Assembly: GCA_044345405.1 (NCBI GenBank)
Contig: JBIJBE010000005.1
Coordinates: forward strand, 32,001 to 96,000
Length of the DNA: 64,000 bases
Direction of reading: 5' to 3'
Source of the DNA: Bdellovibrionota bacterium
Lineage (GTDB): Bacteria > Bdellovibrionota_C > UBA2361 > OMII01
Position 1 is the first letter of the stretch. Every line of letters begins with the position of its first letter. Positions 1 to 10,625 of the stretch are shown in pieces. Position numbers and translations under genes: made by a program. The notes beneath the pieces are model-generated. The model made no database searches and was not told where the DNA came from. It saw only the letters and a list, made by a program, of their open reading frames with translations.

Positions 1-1
1 T

Positions 2-3000
2 GGACCGAAGCTCGATGAGTTGATTGTGAGCCTGCGACGCGACCGCATTGGTCGCGTTTTCATCTTGATGAGTCGCGGTCATGAAATTGGCAAAGGTTAA
101 TTGCGATTGATACTTACTGTGGAACGTAAGATTATCTCGGAAGAGGAACGAGGCCTCTCGCTGCAGGAGAAGCTCATCTGCCACTCCGCGCAATACGCGG
201 GAGCGTATGGACTGCGGGAGTCCCCGTTTATCAAGGGAGGCAAGAAGATCCTCGCAATGCTTGAGAAACTGGGGCGAACGGTCATCGTATCGTTGCCCCG
301 ACCTCAATCTAACGTGGGTTGAGAGCGCGTCGACCAAACCATCGATAAGAAATCTCTCAAAACGGGGGGCCGATGCCTTAGGCAGGTACGCGGACGTTAT
401 GGCACCAAGGTCTTTGAAACGAGTTCTATCGTACGTGCCGATGTGGAGAGAGATCGTATTCTCATCACCACAGAAAAACGGCCGGGGAAAGGAGATCTCT
501 CCCAAGAAAGCTGTTCGGGCTTGAACATCGGGAAGGGCCTGGCATCGACGCATCGCCTCCCCCTGCCACTTCGTTTCCACGGAAACGGACCGATCGGTTA
601 CCCCCATCGCCACCAGCCGTTGATACGATTCGAGGAACTCAGCGTTGGAGAGATTCGAGAGCTCCTGGCGCTCCGCTCTATTCGTTACGAGCTGCCGTAT
701 GTGTCGCCCCTGCTCGGTGTGCACACAGAGGTCATACAGGGTGTGAAGTTGCTCCATCGAAAAACGGTCCGGAGAGCCCCCAGAGATATAGTCACCGATG
801 TAACGGGCTCGCTCCTCACGGACCGGGCCATATGGCCTTATCATTTCTCCGGTATACAAGCACGCCCCAACATCCGTTATACGAAGGAGTCCTTCAATGA
901 ACTTGCTCGGGGGAAGTAAAAGATCCACTCCGAGAAGATGCCGTAGCTTCTCCTCACCACCAACCGCTTCTTGGAAAGCCTTGTGCAGCGAATCTCCGGT
1001 GAGACGGGTCTTATCTCCGTTAAATCCATTCAACGCGGCTATACCGACGATCTGTTCGACTGGCGATAGAACACCACCGAAATTCTCTAAGAGAGCGCGA
1101 ACCATCGGGTGGCGAGGATCTACACGAGATCCTTCAATACCACTAGCCGAAGCCCCGCCTTTTCCGACCGCGGATCGGTGATACTTCCTGTACACGCTCA
1201 GATACGGAGCTCCCGCCATTGGGTTAAAACTGGTAAGGAAGGCGATCGCTGTTTTTTTTACCTCACCGTCCACATCATTCCGCAAGAGCTCTTGAAGCTT
1301 TCCTAAAACAACCTCCGCAAGGAGATGAGACCGCTTTGCGAGCTCCTCCGGTAGTATCCCCACGGGATGAACCTGCGGCATGATGAAGTGGGCATTTTCG
1401 AAGGCGAACTCAATAAAGGCTTTACGGGTATCGATTCGAGCGACATCGGCGACCAGCTCGGCTCCCCGTCGCGCGATGAACTCGGCGTAATTCCGCTCCG
1501 TCGCAAGCGCAGCCCCTTTATCCTCAACGCTCAGCTGCCGACGAGTCGGAAAGCGTAACGATATACCCCGAACCTCATCGATATCGAAGGCCTGCAAGGT
1601 GCCACACTCCGTTCCTTCAAGGAGCTGCTGGTCGGCGGGCCGTGAGGCACCAAATGAAAAATCCTGCTTCGTCTCTCCACGCAGCTCCGCGCTTACTCGC
1701 TGTATGCCAGCTTTTGAGTAGAAATGAACGAGGGCGTTCAGGGAGCGTTGACTCGGCCAATCGCCGGTGGTTTGAACACGCGAAAGCAACTCCTCCCGAA
1801 GAGCCCGATGGACTCCAAACGGAAAAGGGATAGTTCGTCCCTGCTGTAGCGCCTCAAAATCGGCCCCTCGAAAGAGCTGGCCGAGGTAATCCTTGGTCTG
1901 GGGGAGTAGCACGTGCACCCACTCCTTTGTATCGACATCAGGTTGTGCGGAGTAGGAAAGGAGCGGTTCACACCCTTGGAGAGCACCGGCGACCTCATCT
2001 TTCGTTCGAGCAGACAAGAGCGCAAGATACGCATGATCAGCTTTGGCGAATGCTCCAAAATTTTCTACTCCCAATGCTTGGCAGATCGATTGATAGGACC
2101 GAATGGAATCACGAACGTTTGATTGATGGTATAACGTGGTACTGAGGTTGACACACACCGGATGTTCGCTGAAGCGACTAACCGGCCCCTTCGCCTCTGA
2201 CAGCGCCTCCACCGTTAACGCGGAGATCTCTCCGCTTAGGCTGCTCACCCTCCAATCGATTATGAGCGGTCTATACTCTTGCATGAACTGATCAAGGATC
2301 TCTAACTTGCCATCGCAATCCGCGGAGCCAAATCCTCTCAACGCCATCTCGTGGCGAACCGGCTTTACGATTCGGTGATCTCGTGAGGCATCGACGATAG
2401 CTTCCAGTCTATCTCGCCATCCATCTCTGAGAGCCTCCGCAGGAGACGAGGACCCATTGATAAGGTGTTTGCGCCGCTCACGCTCGTATTCGGCCCACGC
2501 CCCCTTCTCGTAGACCTCTTTTCGAATGGGGGGTGAGGCATGTGGCTCTTCATGGGATACGGCAAAGGCCTCGCGCCGATTTCCAATACGAGCGAAGAGA
2601 TCGCAGAGCCTACTCATCGCCTCGGGTTTCAATCCGATTCGCTCTAACATCTTAGCGGGCAAAATATCGCAGTATTCTTCCTGCACCATTGAGTTCGCTC
2701 GCCCTTGATACTTCCGCTGGAAATTCGCGTGACAAACCTCGTGCGCTACAACGCCGGCGAGGGCGTCGATAGACAATTTTTTTTCCGTGAATTCGGGCGC
2801 CGAGAGAAATTCCTGTATCAAACCTCTGTTAAGGTACACATCGAACGAACCGGAGCTCTTCGAAGTGACGAATGCGTTGACCGAGGGGCTATCGACCATC
2901 CAAACGACGACATCTTCGGGCCGTACATGCGACATCTCGTCCGGCACCGCTCGGATCATGCGAGAGGTGATCTCTCCGACGAGCTGCGAGAGATCTTGGG

Positions 3001-3382
3001 CATACGAACGATCAGGCGGATAGGCCCGAAACATAGCTTGTTTTAGTTTATCGAAACTATTCACCGCTATGTCCTTAGCGATGTCTTGTATCGTGTGGGT
3101 TGGGCATGACGCCATATCGCGGGTCGAGATCCTCGAAAACACGCTCCGAGGTGCCGCGGCGTCAGCGAGTACATCTTCGTTCTCAACGGCAGACACAGAG
3201 GTCAGAGAACGAGAGCTGGTGGCTGTCAGAGATGTATCAAGGGATGGGGGCTGAGTCTCGGCGCGCGAGCAAGAGATGAGATTGCGGGGACTATCAACCA
3301 TAGATTCAGCTACGTTAAAACCGGTTCGTACTGGAGGGTTATGGTCAGATTGGAGACAGGCGTGCCTTTCAACTGCAGGCAC
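2..3382 (-). CDS. Large protein (>1100 aa, runs off the left edge) with N-terminal M48-family zinc metallopeptidase domain
   Basis: Absent from the ORF track because it has no stop in the window. Manual translation shows no stop from GTG 3382 (GGAG upstream; alternative ATG 3301) down to position 2. Contains DSPSVNAFV...VYLNRGLI...LAGVVAHEVCH (HEXXH at 2743-2729)...QEEYCD...HASPPIR, the M48 motif order. Confidence 0.85.
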   Translation of the reverse strand, partial: MPAVERHACLQSDHNPPVRTGFNVAESMVDSPRNLISCSRAETQPPSLDTSLTATSSRSLTSVSAVENEDVLADAAAPRSVFSRISTRDMASCPTHTIQDIAKDIAVNSFDKLKQAMFRAYPPDRSYAQDLSQLVGEITSRMIRAVPDEMSHVRPEDVVVWMVDSPSVNAFVTSKSSGSFDVYLNRGLIQEFLSAPEFTEKKLSIDALAGVVAHEVCHANFQRKYQGRANSMVQEEYCDILPAKMLERIGLKPEAMSRLCDLFARIGNRREAFAVSHEEPHASPPIRKEVYEKGAWAEYERERRKHLINGSSSPAEALRDGWRDRLEAIVDASRDHRIVKPVRHEMALRGFGSADCDGKLEILDQFMQEYRPLIIDWRVSSLSGEISALTVEALSEAKGPVSRFSEHPVCVNLSTTLYHQSNVRDSIRSYQSICQALGVENFGAFAKADHAYLALLSARTKDEVAGALQGCEPLLSYSAQPDVDTKEWVHVLLPQTKDYLGQLFRGADFEALQQGRTIPFPFGVHRALREELLSRVQTTGDWPSQRSLNALVHFYSKAGIQRVSAELRGETKQDFSFGASRPADQQLLEGTECGTLQAFDIDEVRGISLRFPTRRQLSVEDKGAALATERNYAEFIARRGAELVADVARIDTRKAFIEFAFENAHFIMPQVHPVGILPEELAKRSHLLAEVVLGKLQELLRNDVDGEVKKTAIAFLTSFNPMAGAPYLSVYRKYHRSAVGKGGASASGIEGSRVDPRHPMVRALLENFGGVLSPVEQIVGIAALNGFNGDKTRLTGDSLHKAFQEAVGGEEKLRHLLGVDLLLPPSKFIEGLLRITDVGACLYTGEMIRPYGPVREERARYIGDYISGGSPDRFSMEQLHTLYDLCVHTEQGRHIRQLVTNRAERQELSNLSNAEFLESYQRLVAMGVTDRSVSVETKWQGEAMRRCQALPDVQARTAFLGEISFPRPFFCGDENTISLHIGTYDRTRFKDLGAITSAYLPKASAPRFERFLIDGLVDALSTHVRLRSGQRYDDRSPQFLKHCEDLLASLDKRGLPQSIRSRVLRGVADELLLQREASFLFRDNLTFHSKYQSQLTFANFMTATHQDENATNAVASQAHNQLIELRS

Positions 3383-3546
3383 AAAAAAAAGCGCACTCCA
3401 CCCATGCAACCACCTAGAATCGCTTGCGAAAATACGGTCGCTTATAAAAGCACACGGACCAGGGCAAACTTTGATTAAGTCCACCAGACGTGAGACCGTG
3501 GACAGGAGTTTGAAACGCAGCTACCGAGATCCGCCACGCTACAACC

Positions 3547-4254
3547 ATGACATTCTTTCAGCTTCCCATAGGCTTACCCCGCGTCGCAAAGGATGGAGAG
3601 ATCCTTAATTCATGCGCCAAGATAGGTCGTGAGATCGGAAACGGCCGTCACGGCACCGCCCACGAGGGGGTGCTCAACGGAGAGAAGGCCTGCTTCAAGC
3701 GCTATCACCTCTCCTGGTCTCACGCCTTCACCTCAAATCCGGCGAAACATGAATACGATCGCCTCCTAAAAGCCCGTGGGACCCTAGCTGAGATCGCCGA
3801 CTCAATTCAGTCACCGATCGGGTGGTATAAAGATTCCATCATGGGTCAGGTGATGGTTACGCGGCTCGTGCAAGATTACAACGGATGGCCCTCGCAATCC
3901 CTTAAGCACACGCCTGAGATATCACGTTCATTTTTTAATCAATTGGAGGGAATATTCGAGGTCTTCGCGGCCAAGCAGGTACTCTATAATCCGGTCGCCG
4001 CGAACATCCTCGTTCAGAGGCTCTCTGAAACTGAAAGCCGCCCGATGCTGATCGACTTCACAAACTACGAAAGTTACATTCACTACATCAGTAAAGGGGC
4101 AGCGCACCTCATCTCCCCCGCAAGCCGGAAACGGGACATCGCCGCGTGGCTACACTCAACCCTTACCGTCGCCCAGGGAAAGGTCACAGAGAACAGATCG
4201 CTCTCATTGAATGACCTTATGCTACCGCCCTCGCCTTCTAATCACACCGTCTGA
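3547..4254 (+). CDS. YrbL-family (protein-kinase-like fold) protein
   Basis: IGNGRHG Gly-loop, CFKRY, HEY, LVQDYNGWPSQSL, NILVQRLSETESRPMLIDF; resembles recalled YrbL segments (IADFDGKPSITL; NILCHRISESEVIPVVCD). Confidence 0.65.
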   Translation: MTFFQLPIGLPRVAKDGEILNSCAKIGREIGNGRHGTAHEGVLNGEKACFKRYHLSWSHAFTSNPAKHEYDRLLKARGTLAEIADSIQSPIGWYKDSIMGQVMVTRLVQDYNGWPSQSLKHTPEISRSFFNQLEGIFEVFAAKQVLYNPVAANILVQRLSETESRPMLIDFTNYESYIHYISKGAAHLISPASRKRDIAAWLHSTLTVAQGKVTENRSLSLNDLMLPPSPSNHTV

Positions 4255-4427
4255 GATCTGACCGGTCGGACAGCTCCGGATTCATGACGAGAGTCTTAAA
4301 CTGCCGTCTAGCTATACATCCTAACTGATTCGAACGTCCTAGGGCGTATATTGCCGCAGGTTAGAGCACCCTCTCTGCCAGCGTCGCATAACGCATGTAT
4401 TCCCCCCGGGAAGGAGTACCTATACCT

Positions 4428-5330
4428 ATGGGCATTTTCAGCAGAAACAGCAAGCCAGACCAAAGTTCCGGCAAATCCAACGACAAAAAGCTCGCACCGA
4501 ATGAGCCACCTGAGCGACTCGACGAGTCGGTAAGGAACAAATTCTCATTGGAGCATCCGGCGTGGAGAGCGGATCATGTCTCTATGGGAACGACTCCCGA
4601 ATCGACGCGGATAGCGATGTCACGCCAGTTCGCTCGAGTTATCGGAGATATGTTGGGCAAGCATACCGACTCGACAGTCGCGTCCATCGAGTGCCTGAAG
4701 CAAGCGCTCGCGGTTCCAGTCTCAATTCCGGAGTTCGACCGACATCTGCACGGTGCTGTCGAAACGGTCTCAACATCACTCGGATACGATCAAGCGACCA
4801 AGCGCCTCGTATCGCACATGAACGGCGCGTTCCAGGACGCTAGTCTCCTGGAGAGGCTCTCAACGACCGCCGCTCTTATGCGAGAGACCGTGAATAAGAC
4901 CTTTGACGCCATGCTGCGGGGCCCGACAAACCAAGACACGATGATGTCCTACAGTGGCGATCAAAGTATGTGCACGGTGTTCGGCGTTCGAGGAAGAGTT
5001 GAGCGGATGTCTATCACCATGATTCCGGGACAACTCGCGCATCACTTTAAGACGACCCTCGAAGAGGCCCAGCAACGCTATCAAGCAAAAAAAATTGAGC
5101 TACGGGAAGGAGAGGCTATCCCCTATGACAAAGTGTTCTCACTTAGGCTGAACGTTGGAGAGAAGGTACTCCAGGTCAAAACCACGCAGGATGATCTCGT
5201 ACAAAGTTACAACGAGGCGCTCATCCGATATGCCTCGGTCAGCTACTCCAACAGGGTGCGAAAGCGTGAAGAGGCACCTGCCAAGTTGGAGCAAGGGCAA
5301 CAAGCCGCTCGAGAGCGCGACGGAGTTTAG
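4428..5330 (+). CDS. Hypothetical protein (~300 aa)
   Basis: Long ORF (track start 4395); AAGGAG precedes ATG 4428; no recognisable motif. Confidence 0.6.
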   Translation: MGIFSRNSKPDQSSGKSNDKKLAPNEPPERLDESVRNKFSLEHPAWRADHVSMGTTPESTRIAMSRQFARVIGDMLGKHTDSTVASIECLKQALAVPVSIPEFDRHLHGAVETVSTSLGYDQATKRLVSHMNGAFQDASLLERLSTTAALMRETVNKTFDAMLRGPTNQDTMMSYSGDQSMCTVFGVRGRVERMSITMIPGQLAHHFKTTLEEAQQRYQAKKIELREGEAIPYDKVFSLRLNVGEKVLQVKTTQDDLVQSYNEALIRYASVSYSNRVRKREEAPAKLEQGQQAARERDGV

Positions 5331-5354
5331 ACTCCACCACCCCCTACAGACCTC

Positions 5355-5909
5355 CTACGGCAGCTCCTTATACACCACTGAGAGTACTTCGACCTCTTGC
5401 TCTCCCTTAGGAGAGTGGAACGTAACGTAGTCACCCGCTTTAGCTTTAAGAAGTGCTTTCGCAAGCGGCGACATCCAACTGATCCGCCCCCTGTTCACAT
5501 CGACCTCATCGACCCCAACGATTGAGTAGGTCTTCTCTGAGTCATCCTCGAATCGAAGGGTCACGGTCGCGCCGAACTGCACATACGGGACAGTAATCGC
5601 CAACGGATCCACAACCTCCGCGGCTTCCAAGCGCTTAGCGAGAAATCGCATACGTTTATCGATCTCGCGAAGGCGTTTTTTTCCGTAGAGGTAGTCACCG
5701 TTCTCTGAGCGATCGCCATTGCCCGCGGCCCACGAAACGACCTTCGTAACCTCAGGACGCTCCTCATACCGAAGCTTTTTGAGCTCGGCACGCAACCGCT
5801 CAGCGCCAGCGGGAGTAATGTAATTCTTTCCACCTGGCACGGATGCGTCTACGTCCCTATCAACCTCGGTGTTGTTCTCATCCCCGTCGCGGGTGAATGC
5901 CTTACTCAT
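5355..5909 (-). CDS. greB: Transcription elongation factor GreB
   Basis: NYITPAG...WAAGNGDRSENGDYLYGKKRLREIDKRMRFL...ISWMSPLAKALL, the GreB signature. Confidence 0.95.
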   Translation of the reverse strand: MSKAFTRDGDENNTEVDRDVDASVPGGKNYITPAGAERLRAELKKLRYEERPEVTKVVSWAAGNGDRSENGDYLYGKKRLREIDKRMRFLAKRLEAAEVVDPLAITVPYVQFGATVTLRFEDDSEKTYSIVGVDEVDVNRGRISWMSPLAKALLKAKAGDYVTFHSPKGEQEVEVLSVVYKELP

Positions 5910-5931
5910 GATGGTACGTATGCAAACGAAA

Positions 5932-6339
5932 CTAATCGACCGGCACGTTCGCTTTAATCCAAGCTACCACATCCTGCGTGTGGGTTCCGGGAATGAAGAT
6001 CTCCTTAACGCCGACCTTCTTCAGTTCCACGATATCATCTTTCGGGACGATTCCTCCACCAAACACAACGATATCGGAGGCGTTCTCAGCGTCGAGTTTT
6101 TTGAGGAGTTCTGGGAAGAGGGTCATGTGGGCGCCCGAAAGTATACTGAGCCCGATACAATCCACATCCTCTTGAATGGCCGCTCGCACGATGTGCTCCA
6201 CGGTCTGGTGGAGTCCCGTGTAGATAACCTCGAAACCAGCATCCCGAAGAGCCCGCGCGATAACCTTCGCGCCACGGTCGTGCCCGTCGAGACCGGCCTT
6301 CGCGATAAGGATTCTGATAGGTCGTGCTTGTGCGGTCAT
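5932..6339 (-). CDS. icmB: Acyl-CoA mutase small (cobalamin-binding) subunit, probably IcmB
   Basis: [12 protein letters not shown] (DxHxxG B12 motif), [14 protein letters not shown]; start overlaps the large-subunit stop. Confidence 0.85.
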   Translation of the reverse strand: MTAQARPIRILIAKAGLDGHDRGAKVIARALRDAGFEVIYTGLHQTVEHIVRAAIQEDVDCIGLSILSGAHMTLFPELLKKLDAENASDIVVFGGGIVPKDDIVELKKVGVKEIFIPGTHTQDVVAWIKANVPVD

Positions 6340-8009
6340 AACATCCCTGGATCCGAGTAGGTGCCGAACACCTTACGATAGATATCTGATACTTCACCGA
6401 GGGTTACCCCGGCGTCAACGGCGTCGATAAGAACGGGCACTACGTTCCTGTTCTCCACACACGCTCGTTCGATCTCCTGCATCGAGTGCTGCCACTTCGC
6501 CTCGTTTCGCTGCGCTCTAAACGCTTTAATCTTCTCGATCTGTGCCTTCTCAGGTCCGTGGTCGATCTTAAGGGTCGGAATCTCCTGCTCTCCCCCCTCC
6601 TGGTACTTGTTTACACCAACGATGACCTGCTCCTGCGCGTCAACTCCGAGCTGAAACTGGTAGGCGGCCTCCGAGATCTCCTTCTGCGGGAAACCCTCCT
6701 CCACCGCTCGAAGCATTCCACCAAGGGCGTCTATCTGCTTGATATACTCCATGGCCTCGTGCTCAATCTCACTGGTGAGACGTTCGATGTAGTACGAACC
6801 TCCGAGGGGATCGATCACGTTCGTCACGCCACTCTCATCAGCGATAATCTGTTGCGTTCGAAGCGCTACGCGCACCGCGTCCTCAGTGGGCAACGAAAGC
6901 GTCTCATCCATGCTGTTCGTGTGGAGTGATTGCACCCCGCCCAAAACAGCCGCGAGCGCCTGCATCGCGACGCGAGCGACGTTATTGATTGGTTGCTGCG
7001 CGGTAAGACTGACGCCCGCCGTTTGGGCGTGCGTTCGAAGCTTACATGATGCGTCGAGCTTCGCTCCATAACGCTCTCTCATGAGACGAGCCCAGAGCCG
7101 TCTACCGGCGCGGAACTTCGCTATCTCCTCAAAGAAGTCGTTATGAACATCGAAGAAGAACGAGAGCTGCGGCGCGAAGGTATCGATCGCCATCCCTCGA
7201 CCGAGGCAGTGATCAACGTACGCCAATCCATCTGCGATCGTGAAGGCAAGCTCTTGCACAGCGGTCGAGCCGGCCTCACGGATATGATAGCCGCTGATAC
7301 TAACCGGATTAAACTTCGGCGCCGAAGAAGCGCAAAACTCAATCACATCGCACACGAGCTTTACCGATGGCTTCGGAGGGGATATCCACTCCTTCTGCGC
7401 GATAAACTCCTTGAGCATATCGTTTTGAATCGTGCCTCCGACCTTATCGAACGACACGCCACGTCGACGAGCAACCGCGAAATAGAACGCGAAGGCGATC
7501 GTCGCCGTGCAGTTGATCGTCATCGAGGTCGTAATCTTGTCCTGCTCAATTCCATCGAAGAGGGTCTCCATGTCTTGGATCGTGGCGACACTAACCCCCT
7601 CGCGCCCCACCTCCCCGAGCGAACGGGGATGGTCCGGATCGTACCCCATAAGACACGGCATATCGAAAGCGGTTGAGAGCCCCGTCTGTCCGTGTTCAAG
7701 GAGATATTTAAATCGTTGGTTGGTATCCTCTGGACTACCAAATCCCGCGAACTGTCTCATCGTCCACAGACGCCCGCGGTACATCGTTGGTTGAACACCC
7801 CGGGTGAAAGGATATTCACCGGGATAGCCAAGCTCTTCGTCGTATCTCACGGTCCCGCCGTTGTCGGGGGTCACGAGGTCCGGCTGGTCTCGAAAGCTGA
7901 TCGATTCGTAGGAGGCCTTGCGCTCCCTCTGCGAGGCGTAGCGCTGCTTGCGCCACTCCTCATACGAGGCGCTCTTGGAAAACGACGGTGCGCTAGGTTT
8001 TTTGCTCAT
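6336..8009 (-). CDS. icmA: Acyl-CoA mutase large subunit, isobutyryl-CoA mutase type
   Basis: MCM-family TIM barrel ([23 protein letters not shown]) with [10 protein letters not shown] (Phe where MCM has Tyr) and EFIAQKEW (Gln where MCM has Arg). Confidence 0.8.
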   Translation of the reverse strand: MSKKPSAPSFSKSASYEEWRKQRYASQRERKASYESISFRDQPDLVTPDNGGTVRYDEELGYPGEYPFTRGVQPTMYRGRLWTMRQFAGFGSPEDTNQRFKYLLEHGQTGLSTAFDMPCLMGYDPDHPRSLGEVGREGVSVATIQDMETLFDGIEQDKITTSMTINCTATIAFAFYFAVARRRGVSFDKVGGTIQNDMLKEFIAQKEWISPPKPSVKLVCDVIEFCASSAPKFNPVSISGYHIREAGSTAVQELAFTIADGLAYVDHCLGRGMAIDTFAPQLSFFFDVHNDFFEEIAKFRAGRRLWARLMRERYGAKLDASCKLRTHAQTAGVSLTAQQPINNVARVAMQALAAVLGGVQSLHTNSMDETLSLPTEDAVRVALRTQQIIADESGVTNVIDPLGGSYYIERLTSEIEHEAMEYIKQIDALGGMLRAVEEGFPQKEISEAAYQFQLGVDAQEQVIVGVNKYQEGGEQEIPTLKIDHGPEKAQIEKIKAFRAQRNEAKWQHSMQEIERACVENRNVVPVLIDAVDAGVTLGEVSDIYRKVFGTYSDPGML

Positions 8010-8023
8010 ACGTTCCGCAGAAA

Positions 8024-9184
8024 CTACTCCTTTAAGAGCTGGGTGGCTATCAAGATCCTCTGAATCTCGCTCGTTCCTTCGTAAATCTCCGTAATCTTTG
8101 CGTCTCGAAGATGACGCTCCGCCGGATAATCAGTCACGAACCCATATCCCCCGTGGATCTGGATCCCTTTATTGGCGCAGTACATCGCGGTCTCAGAGGC
8201 CGAGAGCTTCGCCATAGCCGCCTGCCGCACGTAGCTCTTCTTTTGATCCTTCCGCTTGGCCGCCGCCAAGGTGAGATATCGGGCGCTATCGATTCGACAC
8301 ACCATCTCGGCGAAGTAGTTCTGAATCGATTGATGCTCGCAAATCGCTTTACCGAACGCCTTACGCTCCTGCGCGTACTTCAACGCGTCATCGAGCGCGG
8401 AACGGGCGATACCAACAGCCTGGGACGCGACACCGATCCGCCCACCGTTCAGGGTCGTCATCGCCACTGTGAAGCCACGGTTCTCCTCATACAGCAACGC
8501 GCTCTTCGGGAGGCGCACGCTATCGTATATGATGGTAGAGGTCGGAGAACCCCGAATACCCATCTTATCCTCGTGCTTGCCGCGAGAGATTCCTTGAAGG
8601 TTCATGTCGTGCACGAAGGCGGAGATCGCTTTATTTCCCTTAGAGGTATCACGTGACGCGAATACCACACAGACACCGGCCTCTGGAGCGTTCGTGATCC
8701 AGTTCTTCGTGCCGTTGAGAACGTAGCCGTCACCATCTTCTTTGTACGTTGTCGTGATCGCGGCCGCGTCACTTCCCGTGCTCGGTTCAGAGAGCGCGAA
8801 GCATCCGAGCGCCTGACCAGAGGCGAGACGGGGAAGGAAATACTTTTTCTGCTCTTCAGTTCCGTAATCGAGGATAGGTGTGACACACAATGAGGTGTGC
8901 GCGCTGACGATGATGCCGGTGGACGCGCACGCCGCTGAAAGCTCCTCGATAATTAATGCGTACGCGAGGGTGGAAAGTCCAGAGCCACCGTACTCGGGAG
9001 GGATAATAGAACCCATTAACCCGAGCTCACCCATCTTCGGGATAAGCTCTTTCGGGAAGTAGTGCTCTCGATCGATCTTGGCGGCGAGAGGAGCTACATC
9101 CTTCTCAGCGAAGGTGTGCGCGGTGTCACACGCGAAATTCTCTTCATCTGAAAGCTCGAAAGGGAAACTATCACGCCACACCAT
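8024..9184 (-). CDS. Short-chain (butyryl-CoA-type) acyl-CoA dehydrogenase
   Basis: [54 protein letters not shown]. Confidence 0.92.
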   Translation of the reverse strand: MVWRDSFPFELSDEENFACDTAHTFAEKDVAPLAAKIDREHYFPKELIPKMGELGLMGSIIPPEYGGSGLSTLAYALIIEELSAACASTGIIVSAHTSLCVTPILDYGTEEQKKYFLPRLASGQALGCFALSEPSTGSDAAAITTTYKEDGDGYVLNGTKNWITNAPEAGVCVVFASRDTSKGNKAISAFVHDMNLQGISRGKHEDKMGIRGSPTSTIIYDSVRLPKSALLYEENRGFTVAMTTLNGGRIGVASQAVGIARSALDDALKYAQERKAFGKAICEHQSIQNYFAEMVCRIDSARYLTLAAAKRKDQKKSYVRQAAMAKLSASETAMYCANKGIQIHGGYGFVTDYPAERHLRDAKITEIYEGTSEIQRILIATQLLKE

Positions 9185-9195
9185 AGAGAGCTCCT

Positions 9196-9990
9196 TTATC
9201 GTCCCGTAAATGTCGCTGGACGTTTTTGAAGAAACGCTGTCATTCCCTCTTCACGATCAGCGGTGCCGAAGAGCTTTAAGAATTCCTCAACCTCAAGCCG
9301 CAATCCGGAGAGAAGCAACGACTGGTGCGCCTGATTGATAACCTTCTTCGCGCCCTTGACGGCGAGCGGGGCTTTCGAAGCGATCGTAGTCGCCATCTTC
9401 TTCACTTCGTCGAGAAGCTGCGCGTCAGGGACAACCTTATCAGCTAAACCGATCACACGAGCCTCTTCAGCGCCGATAAGATCCCCGGTGTAGCAGAGAC
9501 GACGAGCCGCACCGACACCGCACCGTTGGATGAGTCGCTGCGTGCCACCGAATCCTGGAATGATACCGAGATTGACCTCAGGCTGGCCGAGTTTTGCGCT
9601 CTCGCAGCACACGATGATGTCGCACGCGAGGGCGAGCTCAAGGCCCCCACCGAGGGCGAAGCCGTTCACAGCCGCGATAACAGGAACCTCACACGTTTCG
9701 ATGAGCCGCATAGCTCGCTGCCCCAACTCTACGTAATCCGCTATAGGACGAGGACCAAGTCCGTTCATCGAGCGAATGTCAGCGCCCGCGACGAAACCCT
9801 TCGGTCCCCTTCCCGTGATTATAACGCTTCGGATGGAGGGGTCTGAGGCGATTTTTCCGAACTCGATGATAAGCCCCTGAAGAACATCAGGATTTAAGGC
9901 GTTAAGACTCTCCTGGCGGTTAATCGTAACCGTCACGATAGCCCCATCTCGCTCCACTAAAACGGTATTCTCTTCCATCAGCGTTACCAT
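9196..9990 (-). CDS. Enoyl-CoA hydratase (crotonase)
   Basis: FVAGADI, AAVNGFALGGGLELALACD, GQPEVNLGIIPGFGGTQRL. Confidence 0.93.
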   Translation of the reverse strand: MVTLMEENTVLVERDGAIVTVTINRQESLNALNPDVLQGLIIEFGKIASDPSIRSVIITGRGPKGFVAGADIRSMNGLGPRPIADYVELGQRAMRLIETCEVPVIAAVNGFALGGGLELALACDIIVCCESAKLGQPEVNLGIIPGFGGTQRLIQRCGVGAARRLCYTGDLIGAEEARVIGLADKVVPDAQLLDEVKKMATTIASKAPLAVKGAKKVINQAHQSLLLSGLRLEVEEFLKLFGTADREEGMTAFLQKRPATFTGR

Positions 9991-10070
9991 AGAAATTCCT
10001 GTGTTAGATGAGATGCTTACTAGCGTACCGCTGTTTCGCCAGGGTCGCTATATTTTAGATTTGGGGTGGG

Positions 10071-10232
10071 GTAGGTGCCCGGCCCGCGAGCCCGGCACCT
10101 GGGGGAACGGGCGCCCTCCCATTACGCCCCGAGATCCGGGAGGGCGGTCATTCCTGACCGCCGCGTTAGAACCCTTCGAAAAAATACATGTGCCCTAAGA
10201 GACATTTCGGCGAGCAGGAATGCTCGCCCTCC
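10071..10232. repeat. REP/REPIN cluster 1 (GGAG-type doublet plus a GTAG-led hairpin)
   Basis: GGAG-GGCGGTCA-TTCC-TGACCGCC at 10139-10162; inverted copy GGCGAGCA-GGAA-TGCTCGCC-CTCC at 10209-10232 (46-bp spacer); degenerate half at ~10102-10119; GTAGGTGCC...GGCACCT hairpin at 10071-10100. Confidence 0.85.
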
Positions 10233-10258
10233 CGGGTGCAGGCCCCGACAACGCCCCC

Positions 10259-10612
10259 CTACCCCGGCGGCCAGACCAGCGGTCGCCCACCGATGACATG
10301 GAGATGAAGATGAAACACGGTCTGGCCCCCATCCGCGCCGATGTTGGTTACGACCCGATACCCACTGGGCTCAAGCCCCTCCTGACGAGCGACCTCCGCG
10401 GCGGCGAGCATTAACTCTCCAAGAATTTCGGCGTCGGTCTGCACAGCCGTCGCGATGCTCTCGATCGGCTTCTTTGGAATTACCAACACATGAACGGCCG
10501 CCACCGGATTAATATCTCGGAACGCGAGCACCCGTTCAGTCTCATACACGATCTGAGCAGGGATCTCCTTTCGAATAATCTTACCAAAAATAGTATCGCC
10601 ACCGTGTGTCAT
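10259..10612 (-). CDS. hinT: Histidine triad nucleotide-binding protein
   Basis: [13 protein letters not shown]...[23 protein letters not shown]. Confidence 0.93.
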   Translation of the reverse strand: MTHGGDTIFGKIIRKEIPAQIVYETERVLAFRDINPVAAVHVLVIPKKPIESIATAVQTDAEILGELMLAAAEVARQEGLEPSGYRVVTNIGADGGQTVFHLHLHVIGGRPLVWPPG

Positions 10613-10625
10613 AAGATCCTCCCGT

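Noticed and set aside
97-3254. Numerous short ORFs in the track (e.g. 443..919, 2705..3046)
   Set aside because: They are antisense or off-frame shadows of the long minus-strand M48 gene.
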